Part shown: in pieces, positions 28,988-39,636 of the stretch | How positions within the stretch are numbered: the first letter of the stretch is position 1 | Layout: each line of letters opens with the position of its first letter | From: Candidatus Eiseniibacteriota bacterium | Lineage (GTDB): Bacteria; Eisenbacteria; RBG-16-71-46 | Assembly: GCA_963717505.1 (NCBI GenBank) | Contig: OY970342.1 | Coordinates: 1,088,001-1,152,000, forward strand | DNA length: 64,000 nt | Direction of reading: 5' to 3' | Program-made: the position numbers and the translations under genes | The notes under the pieces: generated by a model | The model's input: only the letters and a program-made list of their open reading frames with translations | Database searches by the model: none | What the model was told of the DNA's origin: nothing

Positions 28988-30235
28988 CTAGGGATTGCCG
29001 CCGCTGACCGTGTGCACGATCGTGCCGTTGTCTCCCACGGCCCAACCGCGGAACTGGTCGACGAAGAATACATCCCGGAGCCGGCTCGAGGTATTCGGCG
29101 ACTGCGCCGTCCAGCTGGCGCCGCCGTTGTCGGTCCGCAGGACCGCGCCCCCCACGTTCAACCCGACCGCCCAGCCGGTGCTGGCGTCGACAAAGCAGGC
29201 GTCCTCGAGCGAGTACCCGGATCCGGCGTTCACCAGCTCCCAGTTGGTGGAGTCGGGCCCGGCGATCGTGCGCGGCGCCGCACCCGCGTTGCCGACCGCG
29301 TTGGCGCGCGACTCGGACTCTCGCCACACGCCCGACAGCACGAGGCCGGTGACCGCCGGCTGCACCACGAACCACGTGGCTCCGGCGTTGTGCGTGCCGA
29401 GGATCACACCGTTGTTGCCGACGGCCCAGCCGTCACGGGTCCCGGCAAACGCGACTCCGTTCAGATCCGAGACCGCCATGCCAATACGCTCCCAGGTGTC
29501 GCCGCCATCGGTCGTCCGCAGCAGAACTCCCGAAGCACCTACCACCCAGCCGGTGTCGGCGTCGGCGAACGTGATGTCGTGCAGGTTTTCCGCGGCGGGC
29601 ACGGTGAGCAGTCGCGTCCAGGATGTGCCGCTGTTCGTGGTCCTCAGAATCATGCCGCCGGCGCCGGCGGCGAAGCCCATGCTCGCGTTGGCGAACCAGA
29701 CGGCATTGATCCGCGCCGTGGTCGGCGTGTTCTGTAGCGCCCAGGTGGAGCCGGCGTTGGTCGTACGCACCATGCGCCCGCCATCGCCGCACGCCCAGCC
29801 GTTGCGGCCGTCAGGTTGGAAGAAGATGCCGTTCAGGCGCGATCCGGAGACGTTGCTCGTCTGCGCGGTCCAGCCGCCGGTTCCCGGCGTCACCACCACG
29901 ACCCCGCTGTCGGTCACCGCGCCCGAAGTCGCGAACACCTGCGTGATGCCTTCGGTGACTCCGACCACCTGGCCGCTGGCGCTGACCAGGCAGATGCCGG
30001 TGTCGGCGCTGGTCCAGGTGACCGGGGCGACGATCTCGACTCCCGAGCTGTCGTAGAGAGTGACCAGGAAGTTCGCAACCGACTCGATGGTCACGACCAC
30101 GGTGTCGGGGCTGACCACGATCGAGTCCGCGGTGCCCATCGGAGGGCCGGTCGGGCTCGAGCTGTCGCAGCCGGCGAGTGCAACCAGACCCGCGACCAGG
30201 AGTGTCGGCAACCAACATTTCGAGTTCATGCGCAT
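28988..30235 (-). CDS. Lipoprotein with Ig-like domain and YCF48-like beta-propeller
   Basis: Lipobox LAGC, Big_2-like VTWTS segment, repeated GWAVG..G.ILRT.NGG.TW. Confidence 0.82.
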   Translation of the reverse strand: MRMNSKCWLPTLLVAGLVALAGCDSSSPTGPPMGTADSIVVSPDTVVVTIESVANFLVTLYDSSGVEIVAPVTWTSADTGICLVSASGQVVGVTEGITQVFATSGAVTDSGVVVVTPGTGGWTAQTSNVSGSRLNGIFFQPDGRNGWACGDGGRMVRTTNAGSTWALQNTPTTARINAVWFANASMGFAAGAGGMILRTTNSGTSWTRLLTVPAAENLHDITFADADTGWVVGASGVLLRTTDGGDTWERIGMAVSDLNGVAFAGTRDGWAVGNNGVILGTHNAGATWFVVQPAVTGLVLSGVWRESESRANAVGNAGAAPRTIAGPDSTNWELVNAGSGYSLEDACFVDASTGWAVGLNVGGAVLRTDNGGASWTAQSPNTSSRLRDVFFVDQFRGWAVGDNGTIVHTVSGGNP

Positions 30236-30489
30236 TTCCTGTTCTAGCTCCCTGGAGTGCCCCGGCGGGGGTCCATTCCTCGGCCATCCGGATCGACGTT
30301 GACGCATTTCGGGCGCCTTGGGAATCCCGGCGCTTCGGGTCCGGTCTCGGGGTTGGAACGACGCGCGCGAAGCGGGGAGCCGGCCCCGATGGATTATCGG
30401 CCGGCAAGGGCCTACTCTCCGGCGACTTTTCTTGGGGTGCCTGGCGTCGTCCGACGTCGGCCCCCACCCCTCTGGGAGCGCTCTGCCGA

Positions 30490-31430
<941 letters not shown>

Positions 31431-31434
<4 letters not shown>

Positions 31435-32720
31435 GCTTTTCCCTGCGGATCCCGTTGATCGTGGCACGCCGCGAGTACCTGAGCACCGTTCGGCGCAAGG
31501 CCTTCGTGTTCACCGCGCTGGGCACACCCGCCTACTTCGCGCTCGTCATGTTCCTCTCGATCGGGCCCTCGGCGCAGGAGCGTCTCTCGGTGATCAAGGA
31601 GTTGAAGACCCTGGGCGTGGTGGACTCCTCGGGGCTCTTTCAGAACGCGCCGCGCGAGATCGCGACCGACCTCGCTCAGGAGCAGGTGCAAATCGGTGCA
31701 CAGATTCCCTCGCAGATCGTCCGCACCGAGATCCGCGAGTTCGCGGATTTCGGCGCCGCGGAGCGTGCTATGAGGAGCGGCGAGATCAGCCAGGTGCTGG
31801 TCATTCCTGCCGACTACCTGGAGCACGGCCGGCTCCGGCGCTACGCGCGCTCGTTCAACCTGTTCTCCTCCGCCGACCGCCGGCCGATTTCGGCGTGGCT
31901 GGTGCGCGGACTGGCAGGTGGCCACCTCGATGCCGCCCAGCTCGAGCGCGTTGCGCGGCCCACCGCGGGCATGGACCTCTATGCGATCAACAAGCAGGGC
32001 GCGTTCGAACTCAAGGACGACAAACGAGAGCTGCTCGACTTCATGCTGCCGTTCGCCTTCGCGATGCTGCTCGGGCTGAGCATCACCGTCGGCGGCCAAT
32101 ACTTGCTGCAGGGCGTGAGCGAGGAGAAGGAGTCGAGGATCCTGGAATCGCTCCTGTGCAACGTGTCGCCGGGCGAACTGCTGACCGGCAAGCTGATCGG
32201 TCTGGGTTCGGCCGGGCTCACCCTGGTGGCGATCTGGCTCGGCTTTGCTGTGCCGGTGTTGAGCACCGGGATCCTGGCGGCCGGGGTGTCGATTCCCCCG
32301 GGGATCCTGCTCGCGGCGATCGCGTACTTCCTGCTCGGCTATCTGTTCTACGGCAGCATCATGACCGGCATCGGGTCGATGGCGTCGAACATGCGCGAGG
32401 CGCAGCAATTCGCGGTGTGGCTGTCCTTCCTCAACTTCGTGCCGTTCGTGACCATGACCATCATTCTCGGCAAGCCCGACGGCCCGGTGGCGACCGCCAT
32501 GTCGCTGATCCCGCCGACCGCGCCGGTGGCGATGATGCTGCGGCTGATGGCGCCGACCAGCTCGGTGCCGCTCTGGCAGGTCGCCCTTTCGCTCGGGCTG
32601 TTGCTCGGGGCCGCGTGGCTGGCGCTGGTCGCCTCGTCGCGGGTGTTCCGCATCGGGCTCCTGCTCTACGGCAAGACGCCGAGCCTCCCCGAGATCCTTC
32701 GCTGGGCAAGGCAGGGGTAG
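31431..32720 (+). CDS. ABC-2 type permease (YhaP/NatB-like)
   Basis: IVARREYL, VSEEKESRILE, GKLIG, multiple TM helices; ATGA overlap. Confidence 0.88.
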
Positions 32721-32781
32721 TCGCGACCGGGCGTTGTCGAGTCTCGGCACTGAGCGCTGAGCGCCCCCTGTTCGCAACGCG

Positions 32782-33582
32782 CTATCGCCCGGCCCGATTC
32801 CGCGCCACCCGACGCTTCATCGCCGGGCTCATCAGCCCGCGCAGCGCATCCTTCCCCACCCAGCGCGGCGTCGCCTCCGGTGAGTCCGCCAGCTTGCGGG
32901 CGAGCTTCACCGACGCCGCGTGCAATGCGGGGCTTCGCCCTCCGATCGCACGCAATGCCCAGTTCACGGCTTTCTTGACGAAGTTCCTCTCGTCACCGGC
33001 GCCGCGCTCGATCAGTCGCAAGTAGCGAACGAACACGGGGTCGGCGGCCCCCTTGTCGTGGAGCGCCAGGCACGCTATCAGTGCGAAGCCCGCGCGTTTC
33101 TCGAACTCGTTTCGCCGTTCGACCCACTGCTCCACCTTCTTCCATGCGTGCGTCGTGCGATCGAACAGGCCGAAGCACGCCGTGTCGCAGATGGCCCAGC
33201 TGTCGAAGTCCCGACACCAGCGATCCATCTGCGCCGGGGTGATCTCTGCTGGCTCCTCGACGAATGTCGCCAGCATGCGCGCCTCGTACCAGCCGGTGTC
33301 CCACAGGGCGGCGGCCAGGTCGTGGTTCCGCCCCAGGCGCTTGGCGTGCTGCCGTAGCGCGCCGACCGAGATGCCAAGGGCCTTGTCAGAAGGAATCGCG
33401 TAGCGCGCCATGCCTTCGCGGTTGCGCTGGGTGCCGGTGCGCTCGAGCCACGCGACCACGGCGGCGACTTCTTGTTTCGTCGAACCCGAACCACTCGAAG
33501 AGCCGGTTTTCGATACCGCCAGACTACGTGTGGTCTTCTTTGCTGCCTTCTTCTTCGAAGCGCGCTTCACCGGGGTCGGCAC
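32782..33582 (-). CDS. DNA alkylation repair protein (AlkD-like HEAT glycosylase)
   Basis: LWDTGWYEAR, DSWAICD, DERNFVKKAVNWALR; AGGAGG RBS. Confidence 0.85.
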   Translation of the reverse strand: MPTPVKRASKKKAAKKTTRSLAVSKTGSSSGSGSTKQEVAAVVAWLERTGTQRNREGMARYAIPSDKALGISVGALRQHAKRLGRNHDLAAALWDTGWYEARMLATFVEEPAEITPAQMDRWCRDFDSWAICDTACFGLFDRTTHAWKKVEQWVERRNEFEKRAGFALIACLALHDKGAADPVFVRYLRLIERGAGDERNFVKKAVNWALRAIGGRSPALHAASVKLARKLADSPEATPRWVGKDALRGLMSPAMKRRVARNRAGR

Positions 33583-33598
33583 TACGGTTCCTCCTGAA

Positions 33599-34003
33599 CT
33601 AGACCACCGGTGCTCGGCGCTGCCGAGCGCCGGCACCCAGCCAGCCGCCGATCCACGCGCACGGAATCGGCATCGCGGCGACGGTCAGCGCATACCACTT
33701 GGGACCGAAGCCCGGGCCCTGATTCCACGTGGCCAGCGCGCCGGCGAGTCCGATCGCAATGCCGATCCCACCCAGGATCCACGCGTGGCGCATGGGCTGG
33801 CTCGGGGCGAGTCGGGCCGCCAGATAGCAGCCGACGATTCCGAAGACGAACCGGTACGCAATCGCCAGCCACCAGCGCGAATCCGCCATCGGCTCGCCCG
33901 CCGGCGGGAAGACTCCGGTCGAGTGCATCACCAGGTCGGCAGCGATCGACAGGACGAAGATGGCGAGCAATCCGGCGAACACGGCTCCAATGCTGCGCAG
34001 CAT
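33599..34003 (-). CDS. Small four-TM membrane protein
   Basis: Hydrophobic ORF with GGAGG RBS inside the ArsR operon. Confidence 0.72.
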   Translation of the reverse strand: MLRSIGAVFAGLLAIFVLSIAADLVMHSTGVFPPAGEPMADSRWWLAIAYRFVFGIVGCYLAARLAPSQPMRHAWILGGIGIAIGLAGALATWNQGPGFGPKWYALTVAAMPIPCAWIGGWLGAGARQRRAPVV

Positions 34004-34023
34004 GACGGCCTCCTTCTCTCGAG

Positions 34024-34509
34024 CTAGCGGGAGCCCGACGCCAGCAGATCGTCGAGTCGGTCGTAGCTGAACGCCACGCCCTCTTCCATCGGCGACTTGA
34101 GGACGCCGTCGCGCGCTTCGCGGGTATCGTAGAGAAGGGTCTGGGTCAGGGTGGTCCTGCCGCCCTTCTCGGTCAGAACGATCGTGCCGATGCACTCGCC
34201 CACGTACCACGGGTCGTCGAACTTCTCGTTGCTGACCAGTCGCTCGGGCGCCGCGATCTCGCGGAAGATCCCGCCCATGCCCATCTCGGGCCCGTTCTCC
34301 TTGCGCCACACGTAGCGATAGGCGCCGCCCACTCGCAGGTCCACGTCGCACACCACCATCGACCAGCCTGGAGGTCCGAGCAGCCAGCGCCGGATCAGTT
34401 CCGGCTTGGTGTGCGCGTCGAAGACCAACGTCCGCGGCGCATTGAAGTCTCGGGTCATGACGATCTCCCGGTCGCCCTTTGCCGTGATGCTCAGCGTTCC
34501 CGTGCTCAT
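34024..34509 (-). CDS. SRPBCC/AHSA1 family protein
   Basis: TRDFNAPRTLVFDA, DLRVGGAYRY, PERLV. Confidence 0.9.
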   Translation of the reverse strand: MSTGTLSITAKGDREIVMTRDFNAPRTLVFDAHTKPELIRRWLLGPPGWSMVVCDVDLRVGGAYRYVWRKENGPEMGMGGIFREIAAPERLVSNEKFDDPWYVGECIGTIVLTEKGGRTTLTQTLLYDTREARDGVLKSPMEEGVAFSYDRLDDLLASGSR

Positions 34510-34521
34510 GATGTCTCTCCT

Positions 34522-34902
34522 CTAGGGATTGGGGTCTTCGGGTTCATGGTCCTGGGTCTTCATCTCGTCCAGCAGGGAATCGAGGCGCCGGTAGGTTTCC
34601 TCCCAATACTGCCGGTACGCCTCCAGCCATCCGCTGGCGGCCCCGAGGGGCCGCGCCTTGAGCCGGCAGGGCCGGCGCTGCGCATCGCGTCGGCGGGTGA
34701 TCAGCCCGGCGCGCTCGAGGACCTTCAGGTGCTTGGAAATCGCCGGCTGGCTCATCGAGAAGGGCTCGGCCAGCTCAGTCACCGACGCCTCACCAGCCGC
34801 CAGCCGGGCCAGGATCGCGCGGCGCGTGGGATCGGCGAGGGCCGCGAAGGTGGCGTCAAGGTCGGGCTCCTTTGTCTCATAACCAATCGCTTTAGTAACC
34901 AT
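34522..34902 (-). CDS. ArsR/SmtB family transcriptional regulator
   Basis: FAALADPTRRAIL, SQPAISKHLKVLERAGLI. Confidence 0.92.
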   Translation of the reverse strand: MVTKAIGYETKEPDLDATFAALADPTRRAILARLAAGEASVTELAEPFSMSQPAISKHLKVLERAGLITRRRDAQRRPCRLKARPLGAASGWLEAYRQYWEETYRRLDSLLDEMKTQDHEPEDPNP

Positions 34903-34937
34903 ACGGTTATGTTAGTGTGGGCCCGCACGCACGTCAA
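34896..34937 (-). promoter_or_regulatory. Leaderless sigma70 promoter with palindromic operator over the ArsR start
   Basis: Minus strand TTGACG-N17-TAACAT-N6-ATG; palindrome TAACC-N4-GGTTA at 34896-34909. Confidence 0.65.
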
Positions 34938-35091
34938 CGGATATTTCAAGGCGTGGCCTCTCTAGACCTGCTCAACTCCCTCTCGTTCGGCCAGGCAGCT
35001 CGTGCAAGACGCTGCAAGCGACACGCTGCTGCGTGGCAAATCGCTGCCTTTCAGCCGCTTGAGAGGCCGGCATCGGCCGGAAATTTTCCAC

Positions 35092-35120
35092 TGGCATAGG
35101 CCCCGGCACGCTGCGACAAT
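35092..35120 (+). promoter_or_regulatory. Promoter for the candidate ncRNA
   Basis: TGGCAT-N17-GACAAT with extended -10 TG. Confidence 0.5.
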
Positions 35121-35124
35121 CACT

Positions 35125-35305
35125 TGGCGCTTCGGCGTACGGGGACCGCCTCCGGGAACAGGACTTGCGAAAGTCCAACCGGAAGGTGGCCGGCGAGACC
35201 GGCCCCCCGAGATCAAGAGCCGTCGGAGGCTCAGTAAAGAGAGGGTCCCGCGAGACCCCTGACCACCGGCGGGATGGAAGGCGAACGATCGGGCACCAAG
35301 CGCCA
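35125..35305 (+). ncRNA. Candidate structured non-coding RNA, family unassigned
   Basis: Closing stem TGGCGCTT/AAGCGCCA and at least four internal hairpins; promoter upstream and terminator downstream. Confidence 0.55.
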
Positions 35306-35358
35306 CGGGTTCGCTTCTCCCTCTTGAACGCGGACGTGCTCGTCCGCGGCAACGGGAT

Positions 35359-35389
35359 CGCCCGGTCCAACGGCCGGGCGCTTTCGTTT
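35359..35389 (+). terminator. Rho-independent terminator
   Basis: CGCCCGGT/GCCGGGCG stem followed by CTTTCGTTT. Confidence 0.65.
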
Positions 35390-35466
35390 GTCCTTCGATC
35401 GCCAACGACTGGAGCCTGAACGGCGGAGCTTGCGCCGCGCGCGCGGCCTTCCGCACAATCGCCCGG

Positions 35467-37248
35467 ATGCGACAGCTCAGGCTGGGTCTCGCCCAGCTCA
35501 ACCCGACGGTCGGCGACCTCGACGGCAACTTCGACCTCGCGGTGGCGACGCTGGACCGCGCCCGCACCCTCGGCGTCGACCTGATCGCGTTCCCGGAGAT
35601 GTTCATCACCGGCTATCCGCCCGAGGACCTGCTGCTCAAGCCCTCGTTCATCGAACGCGCGATCGAACGGACCCGCGATCTGCTGCCGCACACGCGTGGC
35701 CTCACCTGCATGATCGGAACCGTCGAACGCGACTTCGATCTCTACAACGCCGCCGCCGTCCTGCACGACGGCCAGTGGGCCGGCACCTATCGCAAGCGCT
35801 ACCTGCCCAATTACGGCGTGTTCGACGAGAACCGCTATTTCATGCCGGGCACGCGGAATCCGGTGTTCGTCCGCGGCGGCACCGCGATCGGCGTCAACAT
35901 TTGCGAGGACATCTGGTACCCGGGCGGCCCGGTCGAGGACCAGGTGCTGCGCGGCGGCGCCGAGATCGTCCTCAATCTGTCGGCGTCGCCCTATCACGCG
36001 GGCAAGGCTCAGCAGCGCCGGCGCATGTTGTGCACCCGCGCCGCCGACAACCTGGCGATCGTCTGCTATGTGAACCTGGTCGGCGCGCAGGACGAGATCG
36101 TCTACGACGGTTGCAGCCTGGTGGTCGACGAGCAAGGCCAGGTGCTGGCCGAGGGCCTGATGTTCGAGGACGATCTGGTGCTCGCCGACGTCGACCTCGA
36201 GGCGGTGTTCGGCGCGCGGCTCCACGATCCGCGCCTGCGCAAGGGCCGAGCACTCGAGTCCGGCGAGCAGGTGCCGAGGATCGATCTACCGCCGCTGGCC
36301 GCGGCGGGAGCCACCGCCCGGGTGGAAACCGGCGCCGGCGGCGTGGCGACTGCGGTGCAGAGCCTGCCCGCCGTCGAGCGGCGTACCGCGGTGGCCCTCG
36401 ATCCGCTGACCGAAGTCTATCGCGCCCTGGTGCTCGGCACCGGGGACTACGTGCGCAAGAACGGCTTCGACAAGGTGGTGCTCGGCCTCTCGGGAGGCAT
36501 CGACTCGTCCTTGTGCGCGTGTATCGCCGTCGACGCGATCGGCGCGGACCGGGTGGTCGGCGCGTTCATGCCGTCCCGCTACACGTCCGAGGCCTCGGCC
36601 GAGGACGCCGGTCTGCTGGCGCGCGCGCTCGGGGTGACCTACGACGTCATTCCGATCGAGCAGGTCTTCGAGACCTATTGCACGACCCTCGATCCGCACT
36701 TCAAGGGTCGGCCTCCGGACATCACCGAAGAAAATCTCCAGGCGCGCATTCGCGGCAATTATCTGATGGCCCTGTCGAACAAGTTCGGCTGGCTGGTGCT
36801 GACCACCGGCAACAAGAGCGAGGTCTCGGTCGGCTACACCACGCTCTATGGCGACAGCGCCGGCGGCTTCGCGGTGCTCAAGGACGTCTACAAGACCATG
36901 GTGTTCGAGCTGTCACGCTGGCGGAACGCGCGCGGCGGCCCTCCGCCGATCCCCGAACGCGTGCTGACCCGGCCGCCGACCGCGGAGCTGCGGGCCGGCC
37001 AGACCGACCAGGACACGCTGCCCGCCTACGATGTACTCGATCCGATCCTGCGCTTCTACGTCGAGGAGGACCGCTCGGTCGCCGAGATCACCGAGATGGG
37101 TTACGACGAAGCCTTGGTGCGCCGGGTGTTCCACATGGTCGACCAGGCCGAGTACAAGCGGCGCCAGAGCCCGCCCGGGGTCAAGATCACGCCGCGAGCG
37201 TTCGGCAAGGATCGCAGGCTGCCGATCACCAATCGCTGGCACGCGTAG
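35467..37248 (+). CDS. nadE: Glutamine-dependent NAD+ synthetase
   Basis: Nitrilase-fold N-domain (FPE, K, ICED) plus SGGIDS, ENLQARIRG, TGNKSE, TLYGD, EYKRRQ. Confidence 0.95.
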   Translation: MRQLRLGLAQLNPTVGDLDGNFDLAVATLDRARTLGVDLIAFPEMFITGYPPEDLLLKPSFIERAIERTRDLLPHTRGLTCMIGTVERDFDLYNAAAVLHDGQWAGTYRKRYLPNYGVFDENRYFMPGTRNPVFVRGGTAIGVNICEDIWYPGGPVEDQVLRGGAEIVLNLSASPYHAGKAQQRRRMLCTRAADNLAIVCYVNLVGAQDEIVYDGCSLVVDEQGQVLAEGLMFEDDLVLADVDLEAVFGARLHDPRLRKGRALESGEQVPRIDLPPLAAAGATARVETGAGGVATAVQSLPAVERRTAVALDPLTEVYRALVLGTGDYVRKNGFDKVVLGLSGGIDSSLCACIAVDAIGADRVVGAFMPSRYTSEASAEDAGLLARALGVTYDVIPIEQVFETYCTTLDPHFKGRPPDITEENLQARIRGNYLMALSNKFGWLVLTTGNKSEVSVGYTTLYGDSAGGFAVLKDVYKTMVFELSRWRNARGGPPPIPERVLTRPPTAELRAGQTDQDTLPAYDVLDPILRFYVEEDRSVAEITEMGYDEALVRRVFHMVDQAEYKRRQSPPGVKITPRAFGKDRRLPITNRWHA

Positions 37249-37314
37249 TTCGGCACAAAGAAAACGAGCGGAGCGCCGGAGCGCCCCGCCCGTCGTCGGA
37301 TCCTGAAACGACGG

Positions 37315-37884
37315 CTACATGCCGCCCGAAAGCACCAGGATGATCCCGCCGTCGTCGACACGGAACGACTGGGCCGCGGCGCCGCCGGTCGTGTAGACGT
37401 AGGCGGTGAAGATGCCGTCGCCCTTGATCTCCTGGATCAGGAGGTCCTTGCCCGCCTTGGTGAAGAGGGCAGCGGACTCGTCCCACGTGATGGTGACCGC
37501 GTCGGGATTGGGACCAATGCTCTTCGGTCCCCACAGCTTCACCGCCCCGCCGGTAGTCGGATCGGTGAGGTTGGTGTCGTCGGCGGTGATCCACACCTCC
37601 ATGGTCCCGCCGGTGTTGGTCGGCCCGAGCGGGGTCACGTTGGTGAAGGTCCCGACGACCGCCAGGTCGGATAGCCCCTCCAGATCCTCTTTGTTGTCCG
37701 CGTAGTCGTCGATCGTGTTGAGATCCACGAGTTCGCGGTGGACCGGGTTCTCGGGAGGCGGGCCGATCGTAAACGGATTCGACAATTCGAAAAACGCCAT
37801 GATCTGAGCCTGGGTGATGAAGCAGCCGGTGAGCGTGACCGCGCCCAGCGCCAGGCTCAGCAGAACCGTTCTGAGTCCACGCAT
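37315..37884 (-). CDS. Hypothetical lipoprotein
   Basis: GAGGAGG RBS and lipobox LTGC. Confidence 0.72.
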   Translation of the reverse strand: MRGLRTVLLSLALGAVTLTGCFITQAQIMAFFELSNPFTIGPPPENPVHRELVDLNTIDDYADNKEDLEGLSDLAVVGTFTNVTPLGPTNTGGTMEVWITADDTNLTDPTTGGAVKLWGPKSIGPNPDAVTITWDESAALFTKAGKDLLIQEIKGDGIFTAYVYTTGGAAAQSFRVDDGGIILVLSGGM

Positions 37885-37895
37885 GTCGGGCCTCC

Positions 37896-38438
37896 TCACT
37901 TGCTGAACAGTTTGTAGGTGGCGCCCAGGGTCACATTGCCCCAGTTGCGCGCGGTATCGGAGTTGTCCTCGTCGAGCACGCTCGTGTATTCGCCGCGGAC
38001 GTCGATGGCCAGTGGGATGGCAAACGGCGTGAAGCCGATGCCGAGCCCGAAACCGTACTGGGTGGAGGTCTGATCCAGCCCCTCCCGCTCGGATGCGGTC
38101 GAGCCGATGCCCGCGAACGGGAACATCTGGAATCCGGTGCCGAACGTGAGCATGACGTTGGCGCCGTAGCTCGAGAGGTCGATGCCGCTTCGGGTCAAAT
38201 TGAAGGCGCCGACCGTTTCCTCGACATCGCCGCCGGTGGTCCAGGAAGCGTAGGGCTCCACCGTGATCAGCTTGCCGAGCCCGACCGGGGCACGGATGCC
38301 ATAGATCGTGCCTTGGCCGTTGTCGTCCTGAGCCACGGGGATGCTCCATCCGCCGAACGCGCCGCCGCCGATGGTGATGGCGGATGCCGGCCCGGCGGTG
38401 AGCGCCAGGACCAGGGCGCACGCTGCGAGTCTCTTCAT
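37896..38438 (-). CDS. Outer-membrane beta-barrel protein
   Basis: GGAGG RBS, signal peptide ending ASA, amphipathic strands, terminal LGATYKLF. Confidence 0.75.
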   Translation of the reverse strand: MKRLAACALVLALTAGPASAITIGGGAFGGWSIPVAQDDNGQGTIYGIRAPVGLGKLITVEPYASWTTGGDVEETVGAFNLTRSGIDLSSYGANVMLTFGTGFQMFPFAGIGSTASEREGLDQTSTQYGFGLGIGFTPFAIPLAIDVRGEYTSVLDEDNSDTARNWGNVTLGATYKLFSK

Positions 38439-38574
38439 GGTCTCCTCCAGAAGTCGGCTCGCAGGTAGTGCGGGAGCCCCGCGGCCGTGGGTTGGGAACT
38501 CGCTGTGAATGTAGGAGGCACACGGGAGGCGGGTCAAGCCCGGCGACAGCGTAACCCGCGGCCGATGTTCGCTG

Positions 38575-39261
38575 CTACTGAACGACTCTCACCCCGACGA
38601 TCTTCGCCGAGCAGTAACGCGTCAGCCGATCGGCGAGGTGTTCGAGCGCTACCGATAGGTGTTTCGCCGATCGATCCACGGGACAGAACAGGACCACCAC
38701 CAGGTGGGTGGTTTCGGGGGTCACGGCGGTTCGCGCCGAGTCCGAAGTGGGTGCCCCGAAGGCGCCTTCGTCGTCGGCGAGCAGGAGCCGGCCCTCGAGA
38801 CCCACGCGCTGCTTGCGGATCCCGGGATAGCCCTCGCCCTCGCGGCCGACGCGGACCACCACGACGCCGCGGACCGCGTCACGGTCGTAGAGTCCGAGTG
38901 GAATCTGGTGTTCGAGCGAGCACAGGTTGCACACATCGACCGCAGCACTCACGCTCGGCAGTCCCTTGCCCTGCAGGACGCGCCTGAGCAGCGCTTCGCT
39001 GCTCGGGCGATGCTTGGTCGGGTCGAGGTCGAGCTGGTGAAAGAGCGCGCGGGTCTCGGCAACGCCGGGAATGTCCGCCGGCTGCTTGCCCGAGTAGAGC
39101 CCGACCAGCCGTTCCGCCAGCCGGTCTCGTTCCGCGACGAACTCCGCGGGCAGCGCTCCCTGGCGTGCCTCCGAGGCCTCGATCATCCCGATCGAGATCA
39201 CGCCTCGCAGCGCATCGTGTACGTCGAGGCGCATGCTGTTGGTGTGTGCCTGAAGGGACAT
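38575..39261 (-). CDS. B3/4 domain protein (PheRS-beta editing-domain-like)
   Basis: DPTKHRPSSEALLRR, VDVCNLCSL, GLYD, LLLADDEGAFG. Confidence 0.85.
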   Translation of the reverse strand: MSLQAHTNSMRLDVHDALRGVISIGMIEASEARQGALPAEFVAERDRLAERLVGLYSGKQPADIPGVAETRALFHQLDLDPTKHRPSSEALLRRVLQGKGLPSVSAAVDVCNLCSLEHQIPLGLYDRDAVRGVVVVRVGREGEGYPGIRKQRVGLEGRLLLADDEGAFGAPTSDSARTAVTPETTHLVVVLFCPVDRSAKHLSVALEHLADRLTRYCSAKIVGVRVVQ

Positions 39262-39269
39262 GGTGCCAC

Positions 39270-39491
39270 TCGTCGGCGCAGCGGGTGCCTGCAGGCACCC
39301 GCTTCACCCATCCGAATGTCGGATGGGCGGCGGGAAATCCCTTTCCACCCAAAAGCGGGCGACCGAAGCCACCCTGTTTATCGGCCAAATCCTAGGTCTA
39401 CGCCGCCCACCCGACACCGCGGTGACTCGATTTCGGTCCGCGAGTTCCCGCGCGCACGATGCGCCGCGGGAAGGTGAGACAGCGCCGACGA
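39270..39491 (-). promoter_or_regulatory. Long structured 5' leader (candidate cis-regulatory RNA)
   Basis: 10-bp closing IR, 24-bp palindrome, mutually exclusive stems and a UUCG hairpin; -10-like TATGGT at 39522-39527 on the minus strand. Confidence 0.5.
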
Positions 39492-39636
39492 ATGAAATTT
39501 GCAAGGAACGTCGCGGGCGGCACCATAGCGTGAAGCTCCTCCGCGACAAAGTCATTTTTTCGTGAGGAACGAAACGCGCGGCGATGATTCGCTGTTAGAA
39601 ACAGCGTGTCACGGAAGATCGCCTGTATTCGGCGCA

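Noticed and set aside
35161-35190. GAAAGTCC and CCGGAAGG resembling RNase P RNA or SRP RNA
   Set aside because: The other universal RNase P elements and the SRP CAGG/AGCA internal loop are absent
39360-39380. AAACAGGGTGGC on the minus strand resembling a T-box
   Set aside because: Lacks the following ACC/GCG of the T-box bulge, and no specifier stem is recognisable
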